A stretch of 38,494 nt of DNA. It comes from Candidatus Bipolaricaulia bacterium (lineage in GTDB: Bacteria > Bipolaricaulota > Bipolaricaulia > JBHIAT01). Every line of letters begins with the position of its first letter. Position 1 is the stretch's first letter. Shown here in pieces: positions 9,007 to 15,995 of this stretch. Position numbers and translations under genes: made by a program. The notes under the pieces were generated by a model. It searched no databases. It was given only the letters and a program-made list of their open reading frames with translations, and was not told where the DNA came from. The DNA is taken from positions 1-38,494 of the forward strand of contig JBHIAT010000011.1 in NCBI GenBank assembly GCA_046758705.1. The letters are read 5' to 3'.

Positions 9007-10346
9007 GTCAGGATCAGGATCAGGAACCGAGGACGATCGACCTCAACGGGCTTATCGGGGGGATCTGGAACTCCGGGGAGGCGTGGGAGAACCTGATCAC
9101 GCTGACCGATCGGTTGGAACACCGGTTCGCCGGTAGCGCGGGCGAGCGGACGGCGGCTGATTACATCCGGGAGCGGTTTGCAGCCTATGGATTGAAGGAC
9201 GTAAAACAACAGGAGTTCGAATTCCAGGGATGGGAACGCGGCTCGACGACCCTCCGCCTCATCTCCCCGATCGAAAAGCAGCTCGATGCGATCGCCCTCC
9301 CCTACAGCCCTGCCGGAAAAGTCCACGGGGAGCTCGTCTTCCTGGAGGATGGTCTGGAGACCGACTTTCAGAACACCGACATCACCGACAAGATTGTCAT
9401 GGTGACCAGCGCCACGCCGGGACATCACCGACGCTGGCTCCATCGGGGCGAGAAGTATAGCCTGACCGTGGAGGGTGGCGCCCAAGCATTTGTGTTTATG
9501 AACCACTACCCCGGCCTGCTCCCCCCGACGGGTTCGCTGCGGTCGAACCGGATCGGCGAGATTCCCGGGATCGGGATCTCCAAAGAGATCGGTGCGTACA
9601 TCGCCAGGTGGCTCAAGGACGGGCCGGTCGAGGCCGTTGTCAACGTCGAAGCGACAGCGAAGCCGGGGGCGTCCCGGAATGTGATCGGCGTCCTGGCTCC
9701 CGAAGCCAACGATGTTGAGATCGTCATCGGGGCCCACTACGACGGCCACGACATCAGCCAGGGAGCGTTGGACAACGGAACCGGGGTCGTCGTGCTCATG
9801 GAACTCGCCCGGGCGCTGGCACCGTCCGAGGCTCAACTGAAGCGGCCGGTGCGGTTCGTCGCCTTCGGCGCTGAGGAGGTCGGTCTGATCGGCAGCCGCC
9901 ACTATGCCGATGGCTATGATCCCGAGCGGATCGGCGTCATGCTCAACCTGGACGGCCCTGGCCGGGCTCGAGACCTGCGGTTTCGGGTCCATGGGTTTCA
10001 GGAACTGGCCGAGCTCATCAACAAATTCTCCAAAGAGATCCGCTATCCCCTCGAGGTGATCGACGAGCCAGCGCCGTTCTCCGATCACTGGCCGTTTGTC
10101 GCCCGCGGGATCCCCGCCTGTTATGTCCAGCCGAAGACCGGGGATCGGGGTCGGGGCTGGGGACACACGGAAGCCGACACCCTGGACAAGGTCGACCTGC
10201 GCAATATCAAGGAGAACACCATGGTCCTGGCCCAATTGGTGCTGAAGCTGGCCAGGGATCCGTTGGAGATCCCCCATAAGCGCCCCGAGGAGATTGAGCG
10301 GATGGTAGAGGAAACGGGGCTGACCCGGGGGATCTCATGGCTGTAG
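9003..10346 (+). CDS. M28 family aminopeptidase with PA domain
   Basis: R.AGS, SRNVIG, GAHYD, GALDNGTG, AEEVGLIGS, LNLD, SDHWPF and HTEADT metal-ligand motifs. No signal peptide is evident. Confidence 0.9.
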   Translation: MSQDQDQEPRTIDLNGLIGGIWNSGEAWENLITLTDRLEHRFAGSAGERTAADYIRERFAAYGLKDVKQQEFEFQGWERGSTTLRLISPIEKQLDAIALPYSPAGKVHGELVFLEDGLETDFQNTDITDKIVMVTSATPGHHRRWLHRGEKYSLTVEGGAQAFVFMNHYPGLLPPTGSLRSNRIGEIPGIGISKEIGAYIARWLKDGPVEAVVNVEATAKPGASRNVIGVLAPEANDVEIVIGAHYDGHDISQGALDNGTGVVVLMELARALAPSEAQLKRPVRFVAFGAEEVGLIGSRHYADGYDPERIGVMLNLDGPGRARDLRFRVHGFQELAELINKFSKEIRYPLEVIDEPAPFSDHWPFVARGIPACYVQPKTGDRGRGWGHTEADTLDKVDLRNIKENTMVLAQLVLKLARDPLEIPHKRPEEIERMVEETGLTRGISWL

Positions 10347-11896
10347 TTATCGCTGAGGATGAGCTGAAGATCGAACAGGATTTCTTTGCGCGCTGTTGCC
10401 GGCGTTCCCCCGATCACCGACTTCCCTACCGGTTCACTCCCGACGACCACCAGAAGCACTTCCAGGTTCGGTTTCGGGTGGCGGAAGGGACCCAAACCCT
10501 GGTCATCCGGGCCGATTTTGAACCGAAGGCCGAACCAGATCGAGCCAAGGACCGGGAGCGGATCATCGCTTGCATCTCCGCTTATGTGAACAGTTTCTCA
10601 ACGGAGGTGCGGCAGGCAATACAACGTAGATTCCAAACCGAGAAACTCGTCGACCGGCTCTCGCCGATTCGCAACTTGATCAACTTCTCCATCTTCGATC
10701 CGTCCGGTCGGTTCCGGGGGCGGGGGGAGACACGGTTCATGGGATCTCCGCTGCTGATCTCAACCGATTACGCATCGTTAGGGTTCCTGGTCGGCCCGCT
10801 TGAGGCCGGGGATTGGACCGTGGAAATCTCCACCCATGCGATCGTCACCGAACGCTGTGAGCTGGAACTCGACGTCTGGGGCGTTCACGAACCGGTCCCC
10901 AAACGCCGACGTCCTGAGCGTACCGCCGCAGCCCGCTCCCCTCAGTCGGGCGATGGGGAGAGGTGGCTCGCTGGAGAGCTCCACGCCCACTCCCATCACA
11001 GCGACGGGGCGGGATCGGTGGCTGAACTGGCAAACCTCGTCAAGGCCCGTCCCGTGGACTTTCTCGTGTTGACCGATCACAACACCATCAGCGGCTATCC
11101 GGAGCTGGAGGAGGTGGCCGATCCCCTGATGATCCCTGGTATGGAGCTGACCACATTCTTCGGCCACGCGGTGGCGATCGGCATCGACCGTTATATCGCT
11201 TGGACGACGATCGATCGGTCCGATCCCCTGACCGAAAAGATCCGGGCCGTCCACGATCAGGGAGGGCTGTTCGGAATTGCCCACCCCAACATAATCGGAA
11301 CCCCCATCTGCACCGGATGTGCATGGGAGTATGACGGGGTCGATCTGCACCAGGTTGATCTGATAGAGATCTGGTCGGGTAGCTGGCGGGAGCAATGGTT
11401 CGCGAACCGGAAAACGATCCGTTGGTGGGATGAACTCGTCTCCTCTGGATACCGTCTGGTGGGAGTCGGCGGGACGGACATCCACGAGTACAAGGCCAAA
11501 CCGGACCACCCCACCACCTACGTCCGTGCTCGGACAAACAGCCGGGAGGCGATCCTGGAGGGGCTGCGCTCCGGCAGCGTTTACATCTCCTCCGGCCCGG
11601 GGATTCGGTTCGAGATCGGGGTGGCGGACCGGACGCTGGGGATCGGTGACCGGGCGGCGATCGAGCCGGGAACCGAGGCGAAGGTCTCGATCACTCCCTC
11701 AGGCTGTCGGGGAGATGAGCGGCTGGTATTGGTCCGCAACGGTGAGCCGATTCATGCAGCTGAAGTCTCCGGCCTGCCCCGCCTGTCGTTCATCGATCGC
11801 CCCCAACGCGATTCCTACTACCGTTGCGAGATCGTCGACCGTCGGGGGGATCTGCAGCTGATCACCAACCCCATCTCACTGTTGCCAAGAATTTAA
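10337..11896 (+). CDS. CehA/McbA family (PHP-fold) metallohydrolase
   Basis: GELHAHSHHSDG, LTDHN, PGMELTTFFGH, AHP, GGTDIH, PTTYV and G..YISSGP motifs, with an N-terminal extension of about 200 aa. Confidence 0.88.
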   Translation: MAVVIAEDELKIEQDFFARCCRRSPDHRLPYRFTPDDHQKHFQVRFRVAEGTQTLVIRADFEPKAEPDRAKDRERIIACISAYVNSFSTEVRQAIQRRFQTEKLVDRLSPIRNLINFSIFDPSGRFRGRGETRFMGSPLLISTDYASLGFLVGPLEAGDWTVEISTHAIVTERCELELDVWGVHEPVPKRRRPERTAAARSPQSGDGERWLAGELHAHSHHSDGAGSVAELANLVKARPVDFLVLTDHNTISGYPELEEVADPLMIPGMELTTFFGHAVAIGIDRYIAWTTIDRSDPLTEKIRAVHDQGGLFGIAHPNIIGTPICTGCAWEYDGVDLHQVDLIEIWSGSWREQWFANRKTIRWWDELVSSGYRLVGVGGTDIHEYKAKPDHPTTYVRARTNSREAILEGLRSGSVYISSGPGIRFEIGVADRTLGIGDRAAIEPGTEAKVSITPSGCRGDERLVLVRNGEPIHAAEVSGLPRLSFIDRPQRDSYYRCEIVDRRGDLQLITNPISLLPRI

Positions 11897-11902
11897 GCGA
11901 TT

Positions 11903-12838
11903 TTATGGCTCTGCATCTGCACTATCAGATGAATCGGCATTGGAGCCCCGCCTTCTCCATTGAACGAGTACCACACCGATGATGGCTGTGATCATCCCAA
12001 TAATTTGGATCATGCCCAATCTTTCGCTCAACAGGAACCAGGCCAAAACCGCTGTGACCAGGGGTGCGAGATTGAGCATAACGTTCATCTCAACAGCCGT
12101 TAGCACCTGAAGCGAGTGATAGTAGAGCATATAGGCGAAGGCAGTGTTAATCACCGCCAGCCAAAGCACAATGCCCCACGCCATCGTTGGGAATCTGGGC
12201 AGTCCTTCCATCGGGAAGGCAACGAGGAGAAGGATGCCTCCCCCAAAAGCGAGAGGAATGGCGGTCAGAGACAGGGTATCTACTTGCCGATCTCTAGCCA
12301 CCTCTCGTCCTAAAATAGCGAAGCCGGCAAAGCTTATTAACCCCACCACCACAATACCTATCCCCAGGGACTCTCCAGCGCTGAAACCGGGCGCAAAGAA
12401 GAGCACACTTCCGACCAGGCTAACGACTATCCCTGCTAGCTGCAATGGTGTGGGAATTTCCTTGAGCCAAAGAACGCTTGCGAAAAGAATGGGAAGGGGT
12501 ATCAGACTGAACAGAAAAGAGCCGGTCGTTGCTGGAACATACTTCAACCCCCAAAAGAGAGCACCATTTCCGATGGTGTAGGCGCTCAGGCCAATGAAGA
12601 ATAAACGGATCCACAGACGTGATGGCATGGAGCGTGTTATGTTTCTATTACGGGTCATGAACGGGAGCAACAGCAGAAAAGCCAGAAAGTACCGTAGACC
12701 TGCCATCGTGAGCGGTCCCATGTAATCAAGTCCTATCTTGACAAGGACGAACGAGGAGGCCCAAATCAGAGTGACTAAAACACTTTCAGCGACGGCTACA
12801 AAGCGAGAAGGTTTCTCAATTTTCAGCAGACGGTTCAT
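11903..12838 (-). CDS. DMT/EamA family transporter
   Basis: Ten hydrophobic segments in two EamA repeats (IWASSFVLVK..., L.E.....Q..G). Start placed at ATG 12838. Confidence 0.9.
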   Translation of the reverse strand: MNRLLKIEKPSRFVAVAESVLVTLIWASSFVLVKIGLDYMGPLTMAGLRYFLAFLLLLPFMTRNRNITRSMPSRLWIRLFFIGLSAYTIGNGALFWGLKYVPATTGSFLFSLIPLPILFASVLWLKEIPTPLQLAGIVVSLVGSVLFFAPGFSAGESLGIGIVVVGLISFAGFAILGREVARDRQVDTLSLTAIPLAFGGGILLLVAFPMEGLPRFPTMAWGIVLWLAVINTAFAYMLYYHSLQVLTAVEMNVMLNLAPLVTAVLAWFLLSERLGMIQIIGMITAIIGVVLVQWRRRGSNADSSDSADAEP

Positions 12839-12982
12839 ATGGATGACAGCCAGAGCCGCAGCACCCCATCCTCTCGTCCTACACCCTCGGTGTTGAATTA
12901 CCTCCTGCCCACATCTGGTGAGTGGTTCTTCCCTTTTTGCTTCCAGGAGGTCAGGGCAGGTGATCGGCAAGGGCTTCAATGC

Positions 12983-13228
12983 TTAATGGTCTCTCAATGC
13001 TTTCACGTTCATCACCGTAATGCCGACCAGCTCGTCATCATTGTCGTAATGGTAAATGAGTTCACCCTCCATGATGCTCTCAGAAGCCCTCTGAGGCTTC
13101 CTGAAGCTGATGTATAACACATCGGCTTCTTCGTCATAATCCACCCATAGCCTCTTTGAGGGCAACTTCAGCATATCGGCTGCCGCTTTTAGAACATCTT
13201 CTTCTTGTACTATCCTTGCTTTTGCCAT
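12983..13228 (-). CDS. DUF2283 domain protein (putative antitoxin)
   Basis: YDEEADVLYISF ... YD..DELVGITV is the DUF2283 signature. It overlaps the upstream small gene. Confidence 0.85.
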   Translation of the reverse strand: MAKARIVQEEDVLKAAADMLKLPSKRLWVDYDEEADVLYISFRKPQRASESIMEGELIYHYDNDDELVGITVMNVKALRDH

Positions 13229-13542
13229 ACAATCCCCTTTCTAAGGATTCTTTGCTCCTCTGAAGTCATAAAAGCCGTGATCAAAAATCCATCTTGCTCC
13301 TTCTCTCTGTATACGGCTACAACATACTTTTGAGATATTGAGGTCTGCTGATAATGCTTCAGGGCTATTTTCTCACCTTCGCGACCGGAAACGACATAGC
13401 TTGAGTCCTCAATGGTTTCAATCACCTTATCAATGTTACCCGCCATATAGTCATGGTTCTCAACTATGTGAGCCCATCTTTCATGGGTAACCCTGATGGG
13501 TATTCCATCCTTTGAATTTACAGTAACCAGAGGTTCAACCAA
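13210..13542 (-). CDS. putative RelE/barnase-like (PBECR/DUF4258-type) ribonuclease toxin
   Basis: IRVTHERWAHI...H, VVAVYRE...GFLITAF. Paired with DUF2283. GAGGTG Shine-Dalgarno upstream of the TTG start. Confidence 0.65.
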   Translation of the reverse strand: MVEPLVTVNSKDGIPIRVTHERWAHIVENHDYMAGNIDKVIETIEDSSYVVSGREGEKIALKHYQQTSISQKYVVAVYREKEQDGFLITAFMTSEEQRILRKGIVWQKQG

Positions 13543-13554
13543 TCATTCACCACC

Positions 13555-13605
13555 TCATTTGTATACCAAACTGAAATAGTCGTGGATCAGCTCATCTCAC
13601 ATGCC
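13555..13605 (-). pseudogene. HepT/DUF86 (HEPN) ribonuclease fragment
   Basis: Manual translation gives G-M-stop-D-E-L-I-H-D-Y-F-S, matching the DUF86 consensus GMRDKLIHxYFG with the Arg codon replaced by TGA. Confidence 0.6.
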
Positions 13606-13630
13606 GGGAAAGCTGGCCGTTGACCGAACT

Positions 13631-13659
13631 CCATCACTGACCCATCACTTACCATCACT
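13631..13659. repeat. three direct copies of CCATCACT
   Basis: Copies at 13631, 13642 and 13652 (spacing 11 and 10 nt). Confidence 0.85.
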
Positions 13660-13741
13660 CCCGCTGGCAATGGCTGCTCATCCTTACCCTACATCCAGAT
13701 CCTCAGATCCTGGCTTACTTCATTAGGTGTCCCCACAGTTC

Positions 13742-14853
13742 TCAATAGGCATGGCCTTCTCTCAACTCAATTTCCAGATCTAGTCCTAGCTGCTGTGCTG
13801 CCTCTTGCATCCTCTTGAGTACGGGAGCTTCAACATCAAGAGGTTGTTCATCAGACACTTCCACCTCAAAGTCAATTCCGAGCTTGAGTCGCTTCGCTTG
13901 CAAATGTGCTGCAGGATTCACGAAACAACGAAATACTTCAGGCCAACTTTCCAACGGCACATTGCCGCGGATCTTGATCCGCCTCACTTGTTGCGATGGG
14001 GGCACAGCTCCCCTACGATCAAGTTGATCAGCGACGGCTTAGTGCTGAACCAATAGCGCTTCCCCAAACTGCCCGCACTCGCGGTGTGGAGGTAAAACAC
14101 TCGATCCTCCAGAGCCAACAGTGCGCCGTCAGTGTAGCCCCAGTTCAACGTGGGCCGTCCAACACAGAGTTTGAGATCTTTTCTGCTATAGCCTGCACGC
14201 TCGGCCTGTCCGCCGGACGAGCCAAGTAAGATCGAGGCCGCTAGCCCCTGGGTGATCTTCTCACGGAGATACTCCTCACCCTGCTCGCTGTCGAGCACAG
14301 AGCTATTGGCCTTCTCACCAACAACATCAGCAGCAATGACAGCCTCATACGCCGTACCCCACAGCCGTGTTAGCGCTGCATGCAACGCATCCACCGACCA
14401 GCGGATGTGACATGGTTGGATGAGCGGTTGTGATTGGGTCTCGTTGTGGCGTCGCTGCCATAAGTCACCGACGATGCTGGCGAGCATCCGAAGCACTCCC
14501 CGTGTGCGTTGGAAGTCTGGATGGCTACCCCAACGCAAGTAGAGCGCATCAATCAAGGCGGGATGGAACGGATAGGCAGCCATAATGCGCTCTTTGTAAG
14601 GCCCTCGGGTTGCTTCGTTCGGCACTTCGTTTCCATGTCGCTGATACATCTTCATGTAAGCATTGGCGACCTTTTCATGTTCGGCAGGATCTCCTGCTGT
14701 CTCAAACAGCCGTCGCTTTACAACTTCGTAAATTTCCTCATCGGCTACGGGCTTGATATCCGCACTCATTCGCCCGAATCTTCGTTCCAATCGGTTCAAT
14801 ATTTCGGCTCTCAGCAAATGACGGCTCATGCGCTTATTCCCGGTTATCCTCAA
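13742..14853 (-). pseudogene. DUF499-type AAA+ ATPase remnant in two frames
   Basis: L.RRFGR, EIYEVVKRRLFE, YPFHP.LID.LY.RW....FQRTRGVLR and RYWFSTKP are typical of DUF499 ATPases, but there is no Walker A. ORF 13742-14005 (GNVPLESW.EVFRCFV ... QLGL) looks like the C-terminal domain. Confidence 0.8.
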
Positions 14854-14911
14854 TATCTATCCTACCTCACCCAACTATGCAATGCAAACCCCGCTCCGTT
14901 CGACCCCTCGA

Positions 14912-14940
14912 TTGCATCATGAGAACGAGGGTGATAAGAT
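14912..14940 (+). promoter_or_regulatory. candidate sigma70 promoter
   Basis: TTGCAT (14912-14917), 17-nt spacer, TAAGAT (14935-14940) with TG-n extension, upstream of ATG 14979. Confidence 0.6.
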
Positions 14941-14978
14941 GGGTCGCATTTGCAATAAGGAAAGGATGAGGAAATACG

Positions 14979-15995
14979 ATGATTAAATTGGGATTCATCG
15001 GGTGCGGATCGATCAGCCACGAACATCTCAGCCGGTTGAGCCGGTTGGAGCCAGGGGAGATCGGAATCGTCGCGTTCTCGGATGTTGACCTCACGCAGGC
15101 ACACCGGCTCCAGGAGGCAGCCCGGTCGCAAAACCTGACGGCCGAGACATCGGAGGCCATCTTCAGCGATTACCGGGAGATGATTGCCCGAACCGAGCTC
15201 GACGCCGTGATCATCTGCACTCCTCACATCTTCCACCACGAACAGGTGATCCATGCGTTAAATCACAATTTGGACGTGCTGGTGGAGAAACCTCTGGCGA
15301 TCGACGCATCCAGTGCGACCGAGATGGTGGACGTCACCGAGGCGGCCGGGAAGGTGCTGATGATCGCCTATCAATGGCCTTACCGACCGGAGAACCGGTT
15401 CGCCAAACGCGTGATCGAACGCGGGGAGATTGGGGAGCCCCAGCTCGTGACCGGCCTGTTGGTTCAGAGCTGGTGGGAGCTGGCCGCAGGCACCTGGCGC
15501 GCCGATCCCCAGTTGAGCGGTGGGGGGGTGTTCATCGACTCCGGCAGCCACCTCGTCGATCTGGTTCTGTCGCTGACCGGGCTGGAGCCGGTGTCAGTCG
15601 AGGCGCTCATGGAGCGCAACGGTCAGCCGGTTGAGCTGATCGCCAGCCTGTCGGTGAACTTCTCGGGCGGCGCGTTGGGGTCTCTGGAGGTCTTCGGGAA
15701 CGCGCCTCCTGAACTGGATAGCGAGGTCCGGATTTGGGGCAGTGACGGGGCAATCTTCTTGAGAGGGGTGCCATTCATCCCTGACGCCAGGGTCCAGGCA
15801 GGGAGTGTTCTGGTCCAAGATGTGTACGGGGCGATCCACCTGCCGGGCCCCCGGGAACTGCCAGACGGTTCCGATCCCGACATCAACTTCATCAGGGTGA
15901 TCCAAGGGGTCGAAGCGCCGGAGACGTCGGCGATCCGCGGTGTTCAGGTAGCGAAGCTTACCGAATTGGCTTATCAGGCCGCGGGCCTCAGGTAA
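14979..15995 (+). CDS. Gfo/Idh/MocA family NAD(P)-dependent oxidoreductase
   Basis: GFIGCGSI Rossmann motif, ICTP..H, VEKPLA, WR....SGGG.F.DSGSH.VD. Confidence 0.92.
   Translation: MIKLGFIGCGSISHEHLSRLSRLEPGEIGIVAFSDVDLTQAHRLQEAARSQNLTAETSEAIFSDYREMIARTELDAVIICTPHIFHHEQVIHALNHNLDVLVEKPLAIDASSATEMVDVTEAAGKVLMIAYQWPYRPENRFAKRVIERGEIGEPQLVTGLLVQSWWELAAGTWRADPQLSGGGVFIDSGSHLVDLVLSLTGLEPVSVEALMERNGQPVELIASLSVNFSGGALGSLEVFGNAPPELDSEVRIWGSDGAIFLRGVPFIPDARVQAGSVLVQDVYGAIHLPGPRELPDGSDPDINFIRVIQGVEAPETSAIRGVQVAKLTELAYQAAGLR

Noticed and set aside
13631..13711. Short repeats as a CRISPR array
   Set aside because: Units are 8 bp with 0-3 nt gaps, with no spacers or cas genes.
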